Assembly: GCA_035764045.1 (NCBI GenBank) | Contig: DASTZX010000118.1 | Coordinates: forward strand, 146-64,145 | Origin: Xanthobacteraceae bacterium | GTDB lineage: Bacteria; Pseudomonadota; Alphaproteobacteria; Rhizobiales; Xanthobacteraceae | DNA length: 64,000 bases | Direction of reading: 5' to 3' | Part shown: piece by piece, positions 12,343-21,034 of the stretch | Layout of the letters: each line of letters begins with the position of its first letter | Position numbering within the stretch: position 1 is the first letter of the stretch | Notes under the pieces: model-generated | Database searches by the model: none | What the model saw: the letters and a program-made list of their open reading frames with translations, nothing else | Told to the model about the DNA's origin: nothing | Program-made: the position numbers and the translations under genes

Positions 12343-12474
12343 GGAGCCTCCGGGCGGCAGGAATGGGTGGTGCCGGGCAAGTATGGTTGGCGGGGGGTTA
12401 AGGAAAAATTGAGAATTGGCGCCGGCTTCCGCCCGGATTGGACGTGGAAACTCGATCCGACCGGCCTGCAGCAC

Positions 12475-12512
12475 GGAGGGAACGCCGCGAGATCCGCTGC
12501 GGCGGTCCCTCC
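12475..12512 (-). terminator. Strong GC hairpin between the aldolase stop and the ftsW start
   Basis: GGAGGGAACGCCGC / GCGGCGGTCCCTCC arms, about 14 bp with one mismatch. It lies 24 nt downstream of the aldolase stop (12536). A T-tract (CAATTTTTCC on the minus strand) occurs only further downstream. Confidence 0.35.
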
Positions 12513-12535
12513 ATCACCCGCCGCCGCGTGCGGGC

Positions 12536-13240
12536 TTAGAGGCCCTCCCTCCGCTTCGCCCGCCGCACGAGGTAGTCGAAATTGACCTTGAACTGATCCG
12601 GCCGGCTGATGTCGTGCCGGAGCTGCTCGATGTCGGCGCGCGGAAACTCCTTGGCCGGCGGACCGGCCGCCTGGGTGACGAGCTGAATCATCGCGGCGTT
12701 TTCCAGCATGATGGTCGAGATCACCGTCTCCTCGATGCTTGCGGTCGCGACCACGACCCCATGGCTCTTGAGCAGCACACCGCGCCCGGCCCCGAGTGCG
12801 CGGGCCACGCCGGCGCCCATCTCAGGCGTGCGAATGAGGTTGATGGTGTCGTCGTAAAGCCCGAGCGAATCGTAAAAAAGCGCGCTCGGCTGGCTGACGC
12901 ATCGCAGCGGTCGGCCGCTGGATGAGAGCGCGATCGAATAGGGCGGATGGGTGTGCAGCACGCAGCTGACGTCGCGGCGCGCTTTGAGGATCTCGGAGTG
13001 GATGTAGACCTCGCTGTGGCGCCGGGCCTTGCCCGCCACCACGTTGCCGTCGAGATCGATGGTCAGGATATTGTCGAAGGTGATCTCGTCCAGTCCGATG
13101 CTGTGCGCCTTCATGAAAAAGCGTCCCGGGTCGTCGGGCAGCCGCATCGAGATATGGCCACGCGTGAAATCGTCCTGCCCCTCCCCGACCAGCACCTTGC
13201 CGGCCCAGATCATCGTCTCCTTGATCTCGTCATGCGTCAT
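12536..13240 (-). CDS. Class II aldolase / adducin-domain protein
   Basis: MTHDEIKETMIWAGKVLVGEGQDDFTRGHISMRL...VLHTHPPYSIAL... matches the class II aldolase family pattern. Confidence 0.85.
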   Translation of the reverse strand: MTHDEIKETMIWAGKVLVGEGQDDFTRGHISMRLPDDPGRFFMKAHSIGLDEITFDNILTIDLDGNVVAGKARRHSEVYIHSEILKARRDVSCVLHTHPPYSIALSSSGRPLRCVSQPSALFYDSLGLYDDTINLIRTPEMGAGVARALGAGRGVLLKSHGVVVATASIEETVISTIMLENAAMIQLVTQAAGPPAKEFPRADIEQLRHDISRPDQFKVNFDYLVRRAKRREGL

Positions 13241-13261
13241 GCGTCACTCCAACCCTGAAGA

Positions 13262-13346
13262 CCGTCATGGCCGGGCTCGTCCCGGCCATCCACGTCCATG
13301 TACCGCCCGTTTGAAGCAAGACGCGGACGCGCGGGTCAAGCCCGCG
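13262..13346. repeat. Second type of palindromic repeat (ATGGCCGGG-N5-CCCGGCCAT type; minus-strand reading VDGRDEPGHDG)
   Basis: Perfect 9-bp hairpin ATGGCCGGGctcgtCCCGGCCAT at 13267-13289 plus CGCGGGtcaagCCCGCG at 13330-13346. From memory, this motif type is a common intergenic repeat in Bradyrhizobiaceae. Confidence 0.5.
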
Positions 13347-13378
13347 GACGGCGGCATGTTTGCGTGATGCAGCCCGCA

Positions 13379-14575
13379 TTAGTGGCCTGCGCCGGAAAAG
13401 TCGCGGGGCAGGTCGCAGCGTGCGACGCGCACCTTGCGGGTGGTTGCCGGCGTGTTGCGGCTGCGGCCGACGAAGCGCGGTTCGCCGCCGGCGATCACGG
13501 CGCCGATCGCCGCGATGTCCCCGTTGCGGATCGCGCCGAGCGCGGTCTCCTGAGTGCCACCTTCGGGGGCATCGATAAGCACGACGTCGGCGGCCTTGCC
13601 GGGCGCGAGCCGGCCGGCATCGAGGCGGTAGACCCGCGCGTTGCTGCCCGTGGCGGCGGCGATCGCCCGCTCGGGCGCGATCCCGCCCAGGCTCGCGAGG
13701 TGGGCGATGGTGTAGAGCATGCCGAGCGGCATGACGCCGGAGCCGGTCGGCGTGTCGGTCGCAATGATGAGGCGCTGGAACGCCTTGTGGCGCTCGGCGA
13801 GCGCAGCGCAGAGCAGCGCGGTGCGCAGATTGCCGGCCGTGCAGATCTGGAGCGCGATGCCGCTCTCGAGGATGATGCGCTCGAAATCGCTGTCCGGCAT
13901 CGCGGTCGGCCCGCCGTTGATGTGGAACGACACATCGGGCTGCAGCGCCAGGAGATGGTCGCCGGTGATCGCACCCGAGCCGGGGATCGAGGCGCCGCCA
14001 GTATGAACCGTGGTGATCATGCCGTGTGCGCGCGCCGCCGCGATCAGCGGCGCGTAATCGTAGGCGCTCGCGAAGGCGCCGAAGCCGGCTTTGGCCAGCC
14101 ACACGCCCAGCTTCGCGATCTCGCCCAGGTCGTTGCCGGACAGGCCGGGCTCGAGAATCACCGAGCCGGCATGCACCCGCATCCCGCCCGGACGGAAATC
14201 CGCGAAGCATTTGTGGGCCGCGACCGCGAGTGCCTTGACTCCGTCCGCGTCGCGCGGCCGCCCGGGCACGTGCACCTCGGAGGCGCTGATCGCGGTGGTC
14301 ACCCCGCCGTGAACGTAGCTCTCGAGGTAGCCGACGGTCTTCTGGCGCGGCGTGTAGTCGCCGAAGGTGATGTGCACGTGCGAATCGATGAGACCCGGTA
14401 TCGCCGTGCTGCCGCCCGCATCGATCACCACGTCACAGCGTTCGACCTCGCGCGCCGAGGCGCTGCCGACGCTGACGATCCGGTCATCCTCGGTCAGGAT
14501 GGCGTCGCCGGCCGCGAACGGCGCGTCGAGGTCTCCCGAGACGATCGAGCCGATGTTCACGATCGCGATGCGCAT
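13379..14575 (-). CDS. Metal-dependent amidohydrolase family protein (enamidase-like)
   Basis: MRIAIVNIGSIVSG...AIPGLIDSHVHITFGDY... The HxH metal motif and length fit the amidohydrolase superfamily. Confidence 0.8.
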   Translation of the reverse strand: MRIAIVNIGSIVSGDLDAPFAAGDAILTEDDRIVSVGSASAREVERCDVVIDAGGSTAIPGLIDSHVHITFGDYTPRQKTVGYLESYVHGGVTTAISASEVHVPGRPRDADGVKALAVAAHKCFADFRPGGMRVHAGSVILEPGLSGNDLGEIAKLGVWLAKAGFGAFASAYDYAPLIAAARAHGMITTVHTGGASIPGSGAITGDHLLALQPDVSFHINGGPTAMPDSDFERIILESGIALQICTAGNLRTALLCAALAERHKAFQRLIIATDTPTGSGVMPLGMLYTIAHLASLGGIAPERAIAAATGSNARVYRLDAGRLAPGKAADVVLIDAPEGGTQETALGAIRNGDIAAIGAVIAGGEPRFVGRSRNTPATTRKVRVARCDLPRDFSGAGH

Positions 14576-14752
14576 CTGCGGCTAAATGCTTGTGCGGGCG
14601 GGGCGTCTCCCGTGAAGCCTACGCATCCGGGCGGTCCGCATCAACTCGGGTCGCCCACCCGCCGCCTATTTTCGAGCCGTGCTCGCTTCGCGAGTGCTTC
14701 TCCAGACAGGGAGGAGCAGGCAGAAATCGGCGGATTTCGCTATTCTGCGGCC

Positions 14753-15955
14753 ATGCTGCGCCTGTTCGCCCTGCTGATCGCAGTTTCCGCTTGCGTCATA
14801 CCCGCTCGCGCCGACCCCATCGAAGAGGCGCTCGCGGCGGGCCCGCGCGTCAATGCCTTCGTGTCCGCGCTCTGGCCCGACGCAGAGAACCGGGGCATCA
14901 CCCGGGCGACGTTCGAGCTCGCCCTGGGCGGCTTCACGCCCGACCCGCGGATCATCGCCGCGACCCATCACGAGCCGGAATACAGCAGGCCGGCCGGCGC
15001 CTATCTGGATGCGCTCGCCTCCCCGTCGCGCATCGCGACGGGCGCCGCCAAGGCCGCGCAATGGGCCGCGGTGCTCGACCGCATCGAAGCGCAATATGGG
15101 GTGGAGCGCTGGGTCGTGCTGGCGCTATGGGGCATCGAGAGCTCGTTCGGCGGCAGCGCGGATCGATGGGACGTGTTTCGCTCGCTCGCGACGCTCGCCG
15201 AAGCGCACTACCGCGATCCCTACTTCCGCAACGAGCTCCTGGTTGCGCTCCGCATCCTGCAGGAAGGGCACATCGCGCGTGACAAGATGCTCGGCTCCTG
15301 GGCCGGCGCCATGGGCCAACCGCAGTTCATGCCGTCGAGCTTCTACCAATATGCGGTCGATTTCTCCGGCGACGGCCGCCGCGACATCTGGACCAACGTG
15401 CCCGACGTGCTCGCCTCGATCGCGAACTACCTGTCGCGCAGCGGCTGGCGGCGCGGCCTGCCGTGGGGCTTCGAGGTCGCGCTGCCGCGCGGATTCGACT
15501 ATCGCCGCAGCCGCGGCTCTTTCGCGGAATGGTCCGCGCTCGGGCTCAGGCGCGCCGACGGCGACGCGCTGCCGCGCGAGGGCGACGCCGTGCTGCTATT
15601 CCCCAGCGGGGCCGCAGGCCCGGCTTTCCTGGTGACCGAGAACTTCAACGTCATCAAGCTTTACAACAACTCCGATCTCTATGCCCTGGCCGCCGGCCAC
15701 CTCGCCGATCGTATCCGTGGCGGCCGCGCTTTCCGCGCCGCCTGGCCGGCGTACGACCCGCAGATCTCGCGCGAGGCCCGCATGGCCCTTCAGCGCAAGA
15801 TGCGGGAGCTCGGCTATCGGGTGAACGATTCCGCCGGCCGCCTGGATTTCGCCCAGCGCGACATCATCCGCGAGCTGCAGGTCAAGTTGCGCATGACGCC
15901 CGACGGCCAACCGACGCCGGCCCTCCTCGGGCGGCTCGGAATTGTCGCGCGCTGA
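14753..15955 (+). CDS. Lytic murein transglycosylase (MltB/SLT_2 family) with C-terminal peptidoglycan-binding domain
   Basis: ATG at 14753 gives MLRLFALLIAVSACVIPARA, a signal peptide. ...LALWGIESSFG...GAMGQPQFMPSSF... matches MltB family motifs. The C-terminus has a PG_binding-like segment (LQRKMRELGYRVNDSAGRLD...). The track ORF from 13298 is a 5' artefact. Confidence 0.85.
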   Translation: MLRLFALLIAVSACVIPARADPIEEALAAGPRVNAFVSALWPDAENRGITRATFELALGGFTPDPRIIAATHHEPEYSRPAGAYLDALASPSRIATGAAKAAQWAAVLDRIEAQYGVERWVVLALWGIESSFGGSADRWDVFRSLATLAEAHYRDPYFRNELLVALRILQEGHIARDKMLGSWAGAMGQPQFMPSSFYQYAVDFSGDGRRDIWTNVPDVLASIANYLSRSGWRRGLPWGFEVALPRGFDYRRSRGSFAEWSALGLRRADGDALPREGDAVLLFPSGAAGPAFLVTENFNVIKLYNNSDLYALAAGHLADRIRGGRAFRAAWPAYDPQISREARMALQRKMRELGYRVNDSAGRLDFAQRDIIRELQVKLRMTPDGQPTPALLGRLGIVAR

Positions 15956-16089
15956 CGCTTCCGGCGAAGTGGGGACCGGTTCGCCGGGAAGACGACGCGC
16001 CAATCCGTAAATTCGCGCCTGTTGTCTCGCCTGTCGGGGCATGCTCTATCGCGGGAACAGCAGCCAGCCGGACCAACCCGGAGAAATCC

Positions 16090-17166
16090 ATGGGCACCAA
16101 TCGGGTCTATCGCGTAGCGGTCATTCCGGGCGATGGCATCGGCAAGGAGGTCATGCCGGAGGGCGTGCGCGCGCTCGAGGCAGCCGCAAAACGCTACGGT
16201 TTCGAGCTGCGGCAGGACTGGTTCGATTTCGCCAGCTACGACTACTACGCCAAGCACGAGCGCATGATGCCGGAAGACTGGAAGGAGAAGATCGGCGGTC
16301 ATGATGCGATCTTCTTCGGCGCCGTCGGCTGGCCGGCGAAAATTCCCGACCACATCTCACTTTGGGGCTCACTCATCCAGTTTCGCCGCGAGTTCGACCA
16401 ATATGTGAACTTGCGCCCGGTCCGCCTGATGCCCGGCGTCCCCTGCCCCCTCGCCAACCGCAAGCCGGGCGACATCGATTTCTGGGTGGTTCGTGAGAAC
16501 ACCGAGGGCGAGTATTCCTCGATCGGCGGCCGCATGTTCCCGGGCACCGAGCGCGAGGTGGTGATCCAGGAGACGGTGATGAGCCGGGTCGGCGTCGACC
16601 GCGTGCTCAAGTTCGCCTTCGAGCTCGCCCATTCCCGGCCGAAGAAGCACCTCACCTCGGCGACCAAGTCGAACGGCATCTCGATCACCATGCCGTATTG
16701 GGACGAGCGGGTGAAGGCGATGGCCGCCAATTATCCCGACATCCGCTGGGACCAGTACCATATCGACATCCTCACCGCGCAGTTCGTCCTCAACCCCGAC
16801 CGCTTCGACGTGGTGGTCGCCTCGAACCTGTTCGGCGACATCCTGTCCGACCTCGGGCCGGCCTGTACCGGCACGATTGGCATCGCGCCCTCGGGCAACA
16901 TCAATCCGGAGCGGAAATATCCTTCGGTATTCGAGCCGGTGCACGGCTCCGCGCCCGACATTGCCGGCCAGGGCATCGCCAATCCGGTCGGCCAGATCTG
17001 GTCCGGCGCCATGATGCTCGAGCACCTGGGCGAAAGCGAAGCCGCCCACGCGATCGTGGCTGCGATTCAAAAGGTACTGCCGCAACAGAAGCTGCGCACC
17101 CGCGACCTGCAGGGCAGTGCCGACACCGTGACCTCCGGGAAAGCGATCGCCGAAGCGCTGGGATAA
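16090..17166 (+). CDS. ttuC: Tartrate dehydrogenase / decarboxylase (isocitrate-isopropylmalate dehydrogenase family)
   Basis: MGTNRVYRVAVIPGDGIGKEVMPEGVRALE...WVVRENTEGEYSSIGG...NLFGDILSDLG... shows the family signature, closest by memory to the tartrate / D-malate dehydrogenase subgroup. Confidence 0.8.
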   Translation: MGTNRVYRVAVIPGDGIGKEVMPEGVRALEAAAKRYGFELRQDWFDFASYDYYAKHERMMPEDWKEKIGGHDAIFFGAVGWPAKIPDHISLWGSLIQFRREFDQYVNLRPVRLMPGVPCPLANRKPGDIDFWVVRENTEGEYSSIGGRMFPGTEREVVIQETVMSRVGVDRVLKFAFELAHSRPKKHLTSATKSNGISITMPYWDERVKAMAANYPDIRWDQYHIDILTAQFVLNPDRFDVVVASNLFGDILSDLGPACTGTIGIAPSGNINPERKYPSVFEPVHGSAPDIAGQGIANPVGQIWSGAMMLEHLGESEAAHAIVAAIQKVLPQQKLRTRDLQGSADTVTSGKAIAEALG

Positions 17167-17322
17167 TAAGGCCCGGAACCTCCAAGGATATTTGCCCGAG
17201 AGTGCGGCGTCTGCTCGCAGGCCCCCGCGGGAACCATTGTGAGGGCCTGCGCGTCATTTCGTCGGGGGGGCTTTGCGGTCCTTCGGGCCCAAGGCAAGAT
17301 CACTCGTCCATCGGGCGACACC

Positions 17323-18123
17323 ATGCGCATCAGCATATCGGATGCCGGTCTCGTACTGCCGCAGAGCGGCTTACAAACCGGCCACGCAGAGTCCACTACC
17401 CGGCCGCGGCCGGACACCCTCCCGGGCATTCGTAACCGGCTGTTGCAGAAATTGCCGCAGCGCGAAATGCAAACCCTGATGCGGCGGGCCGAACGCGTCG
17501 AGCTCCGTCCGCGCCAGATCCTGCATCACTGGAATATGCCGATGCGCGACGTGTACTTCGTCGAGCAGGGCCTCGTGTCGGTCTCCGTGAAGATCAGCCG
17601 CGACTGCGCGGTCGAGGGATGGCTGATCGGATCGGAGGGGATGACGGGCGTCCCAGTGCTGTTCGGCGACCGGGACAATCCGCCGTTTCGACGCGTCGTC
17701 CAGGTCGGCGGCGTGGCACTGAGGATCGCCTCGCATGACCTGCTCGCCGCGATGGACGAACTGGAGACGCTGAACAGCCTCTTTCTGCGTTATGCGCAGT
17801 TCGTCTTGTGCCAGAGCTCGCAATGGGGCGCCTGCAATGCGCACCATAGCCTCAAGCAGCGCATGGGCCGCTGGCTGCTCGCGGCCTCCGACGCGCTCGA
17901 ATCGGACCGCCTGCCCGTGACGCACCAACTCCTCGCCCGTCTCCTCGGCGTGCGGCGGGCGGGCGTGTCGGAATGCCTGAACGCGATGGAAGCCCGGGGC
18001 ATCATCCGTAATACCCGCAGCCTCATCCAAATCACCGAGCCCGACGCGCTGCGCGCAATGTCGTGCGACTGCCACCGCCTCGTCCAGCGCGACTATCGTC
18101 GCCTCTTCCAGACAGAAGAATAG
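17323..18123 (+). CDS. Crp/Fnr family transcriptional regulator
   Basis: cNMP-binding-like beta-roll (RPRQILHHWNMPMRDVYFVEQGLVSVSV...) and a C-terminal HTH (THQLLARLLGVRRAGVSECLNAMEARGII). The start (ATG 17323) is uncertain. Confidence 0.8.
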   Translation: MRISISDAGLVLPQSGLQTGHAESTTRPRPDTLPGIRNRLLQKLPQREMQTLMRRAERVELRPRQILHHWNMPMRDVYFVEQGLVSVSVKISRDCAVEGWLIGSEGMTGVPVLFGDRDNPPFRRVVQVGGVALRIASHDLLAAMDELETLNSLFLRYAQFVLCQSSQWGACNAHHSLKQRMGRWLLAASDALESDRLPVTHQLLARLLGVRRAGVSECLNAMEARGIIRNTRSLIQITEPDALRAMSCDCHRLVQRDYRRLFQTEE

Positions 18124-18132
18124 GCAAAGAAA

Positions 18133-18160
18133 AGCAGCGGCGCGTTGCCGCGCCGCTGCT
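18133..18160 (-). terminator. Intrinsic terminator between convergent genes
   Basis: Perfect 12-bp stem AGCAGCGGCGCG-TTGC-CGCGCCGCTGCT. On the minus strand it is followed by TTTTCTTTGCC, serving the membrane-protein gene at 18178-18858. It also lies 10 nt after the Crp-family stop. Confidence 0.55.
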
Positions 18161-18177
18161 ACCTCGCTCAACCTGCC

Positions 18178-18858
18178 TTACGGAAGGACGCGCGCACGCG
18201 TCTCCGGCTCGGACGACGGCATGAAGCCGAGCACGATCCCGCTCAGCGTGCTGCCGCTCAAGACGATGGTCGCGCCGAGCACGATCAACGCGGACATCAC
18301 CAGCGTCGCCGGGTAGATCCCGGTGATCGCCAGAATGCCGAGGATGATCGCGGTCAGTCCTGCCAGCAGCTGGACGCCCGCCGATCCCGACGCCATCTCG
18401 CCGGCGACGAACGAGCTCGCGCCCTGCGTCCGCATCACGGCCGAGCGGAGCGTGTAGAGCTGCCGGACCGAATTGCTGCTGAGCAGCAGCGCACCGCCGA
18501 ATGCGATCACAGCCGCCGAAGTCAGCGTCATCGCGGCGATTCCGACCAGCGCTAGTACGCCAAGAACGATGCCCGCGGCTCCAACCAGGAACAGCGCGGA
18601 AAGACCGCCCACGCCGAACTGGTCAGCCGAGACGCCGACTGGAAGACTGATCTGCGCATAGTCGGACACCATCGCGCCGCCTTGGATCAGAAGGGCAGCG
18701 CCGAACACTATGACGGCGATCGGCGCCAGGATGTCTTCGCGTACGCCGGCGAGCCCGACGATCGCCAGAACGACTGTTGCTAGGCCACCGATCGCATCGA
18801 CGAGGCCGCCATACGCGGCGGTTTCCGTCCCGACGGTTCCAGAGAAAGTGGTGCTCAT
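18178..18858 (-). CDS. Gly/Ala-rich polytopic membrane protein with three internal two-helix repeats (function unknown)
   Basis: ATG at 18858 is preceded by AGGAG with a 6-nt spacer. MSTTFSGTVGTETAAYGGLVDAIGGLATVVLAIVGLAG... has six predicted TM helices. The track ORF to 19599 is a 5' artefact. Confidence 0.6.
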   Translation of the reverse strand: MSTTFSGTVGTETAAYGGLVDAIGGLATVVLAIVGLAGVREDILAPIAVIVFGAALLIQGGAMVSDYAQISLPVGVSADQFGVGGLSALFLVGAAGIVLGVLALVGIAAMTLTSAAVIAFGGALLLSSNSVRQLYTLRSAVMRTQGASSFVAGEMASGSAGVQLLAGLTAIILGILAITGIYPATLVMSALIVLGATIVLSGSTLSGIVLGFMPSSEPETRARVLP

Positions 18859-19005
18859 GGAGAACTCCTGCTCGTTTGGCGGAACTTCAGCGCGTGCGCC
18901 AAAGCGTCCTGCGAGGGCAAGCCGACGTGAGTCGGTCATGGAGTCGGTGAGACGCTGATCGCGCTCGGGCCAAGCCCCGCTGAAATCTCTCCCCTCTAAA
19001 TGAGA

Positions 19006-19031
19006 AACGGGTTCAAGCGTGGCGTAGTTCC
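19006..19031 (-). promoter_or_regulatory. EcfG-type (general stress response sigma) promoter candidate
   Basis: The minus strand reads GGAAC-TACGCCACGCTTGAACC-CGTT (GGAAC-N17-CGTT), about 150 nt upstream of the 18858 start. Confidence 0.45.
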
Positions 19032-19349
19032 GGCCCCGGCGACATGACGCACGCAAAAGGAGCAACGCTGCTTCGCGAAGTCCCGGCCTTTCGCTCGCAG
19101 CTCGGTCCGGAACTCGACTCACCTCACACGGACGAGGCCCGCCCGCTCCCATTGATCGGCAGCATCCGCAGCCGGCCCGCCGAGGCGCCCGAGCACTCGG
19201 CCGAGCGACGGCGCGATGGCGAGCGAACCGCATCGAGGAGGAGGTTGACCAACCGCACGAAGAAACGGACGTTGATGCCAAGGGGCGCGAACGCCGTTCC
19301 CGAGTATTCACGCTGCGCACGGCCGCGTACCGGACCCCGCGCGCACGGC

Positions 19350-19375
19350 GGAACTCCGCGGGAGAATTTCGGGTT
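19350..19375 (+). promoter_or_regulatory. EcfG-type promoter candidate with imperfect -10
   Basis: GGAAC-TCCGCGGGAGAATTTCG-GGTT (GGAAC-N17-GGTT), about 40 nt upstream of the ATG at 19414. Confidence 0.35.
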
Positions 19376-19413
19376 GGCCCGAAGAGTGTCCCCCAACTTT
19401 CTGGAGATTGCCA

Positions 19414-19782
19414 ATGCACAAGACAGCTGCCTTTATGGTCGCTCCCCTGCTCCTGCTCGCAGGACCCGCGCTGGCGCAAAGCACCAGCCCCAGGACCACC
19501 ACCCCCAGCAATCAATCTCAGTCGAACACCCCCAGCACTCAATCGCAGGCGAACAAGTCGTCGCAAGCGAACGAGAAAAGCCCGCAGATGGTTCGGCAAC
19601 AGGTGCAGAAGAACCTGCAGCAGGCAGGCTTCACCGACATTCAGATCATGCCGAGCTCATTCCTCGTGCGCGCGAAGGACAAGGATGGCAATCCGGTGAT
19701 GATGGTCATCAATCCTGATTCCGTGACGGCCATTACGGAGGTTCCGGGTCAGGGCAACCAGACGACCGGCAAAGGCCAGTGA
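19414..19782 (+). CDS. Small secreted protein (function unknown)
   Basis: GGAG lies 7 nt before the ATG at 19414; the track start 19408 is a TTG. Signal peptide MHKTAAFMVAPLLLLAGPALA|QS, a low-complexity S/T/Q/N linker, then a folded C-terminus (FTDIQIMPSSFLVRAKDKDGNPVMMVINPDSV). Confidence 0.6.
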   Translation: MHKTAAFMVAPLLLLAGPALAQSTSPRTTTPSNQSQSNTPSTQSQANKSSQANEKSPQMVRQQVQKNLQQAGFTDIQIMPSSFLVRAKDKDGNPVMMVINPDSVTAITEVPGQGNQTTGKGQ

Positions 19783-19798
19783 GTCACGAGCACCCGGC

Positions 19799-20932
19799 AT
19801 GGGGACTGACGCGCCGGCTCCGTACGCTGACGGCCACATGGAGGCAGACCGCGTGCCGGGATTTCGCAACCGCAACGTCGTAGTGACCGGCGCCTCGGCG
19901 GGGGTCGGCCGTGCTGTGGCGTTGCGCTTCGCGCGAGCCGGCGCCCGCGTGGGCTTGATCGCGCGCGACGCCGAAGCGCTCGAGTCGGTCAAGCAGGAGA
20001 TCGAGCGCCTCGGCGGATCGGCCGTGGCGGTGCCGGCCGACGTCGCGGACGCGGATGCGGTGTTTGCCGCGGCGGACGAGATTCGGCGCGCATTCGGACC
20101 GATCGACGTGTGGATCAACGACGCCATGGTGACGGTCTTCGCGCTGGCATGGCAGATATCCCCCGAGGAATTCCGGCGCGTCACCGAGGTGACCTATCTC
20201 GGTTTCGTGCATGGCACGCTGGCCGCGCTGCGCGAGATGCGCCCGCGCGACAGCGGCACGGTCATCCAGATCGGCTCGGCGCTGGCATATCGCGGCATTC
20301 CGCTGCAGTCGGCCTATTGTGGTGCCAAGCACGCCATCCGCGGTTTCACCAATTCGGTGCGCACCGAGCTGATGCACGAGCGGAGCCGGATCAACATCGG
20401 CATCATCGAGCTGCCCGCCGTCAACACGCCGCAGTTCGACTGGGCGCGCGCGCACACGGGGCGGCAACCGCGACCGGTGCCGCCGGTCTTCCAGCCGGAG
20501 GTGATCGCCGACGCGGCCTTCCGCATGGCGCAAAGACCGCGGCGCGAAATATGGGTCGGGTTGAGCACGCTCCAGGTGATCCTCGGCAATTTCCTGTTTC
20601 CCTCGCTCCTCGATCGCTACCTCGCGCGTAATATGGTTGCCGCGCAGGAGCGCGCCGAGGCGACGCAGCCGGGACGCCGAGACAATCTGTTCGAGCCGGT
20701 GCACGATTTGCATCGTACGCACGGCAGCTTTGGCCGTGAGGCGCGCCACACGGCCGTAGCGATGGCGGGGCCCGCGGCGCGGCTCGTTCCCGTCGCGGCC
20801 GGCGTGCTCGCCCTGGCCGGAACGGCGCTGCTCGCCTACGGCCTGCGCGGCGCTCGGGCGAGTGCCAGCCACCGCAGAGCCCCGCGGCAGGCCAGCAGGG
20901 TCTCAGGCCCTGACCATTCGGATCGCCTGTGA
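19799..20932 (+). CDS. Short-chain dehydrogenase/reductase with C-terminal hydrophobic anchor
   Basis: VVVTGASAGVGRA (TGxxxGxG), NDAM, and YCGAKHA (YxxxK). C-terminal AMAGPAARLVPVAAGVLALAGTALLAYGL. The start is either 19799 or the ATG at 19838. Confidence 0.85.
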   Translation: MGTDAPAPYADGHMEADRVPGFRNRNVVVTGASAGVGRAVALRFARAGARVGLIARDAEALESVKQEIERLGGSAVAVPADVADADAVFAAADEIRRAFGPIDVWINDAMVTVFALAWQISPEEFRRVTEVTYLGFVHGTLAALREMRPRDSGTVIQIGSALAYRGIPLQSAYCGAKHAIRGFTNSVRTELMHERSRINIGIIELPAVNTPQFDWARAHTGRQPRPVPPVFQPEVIADAAFRMAQRPRREIWVGLSTLQVILGNFLFPSLLDRYLARNMVAAQERAEATQPGRRDNLFEPVHDLHRTHGSFGREARHTAVAMAGPAARLVPVAAGVLALAGTALLAYGLRGARASASHRRAPRQASRVSGPDHSDRL

Positions 20933-21034
20933 GACGCTGCGCCACCTCCTCCAGCCATTCCGGTTGTCGACGGGAACTCGGGCATGCGCCGCGCTTTATC
21001 GAAGCGCGCGGGCCGGTCGAAGGACGCCTGGACG

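Noticed and set aside
19044-19718. 224-aa plus-strand ORF spanning the 18.9-19.4 kb spacer and overlapping the small secreted protein gene out of frame
   Set aside because: It has no SD and a low-complexity Arg/Pro-rich product, and it overlaps a better-supported gene with SD and signal peptide. The spacer is better explained as two divergent promoter/UTR regions.
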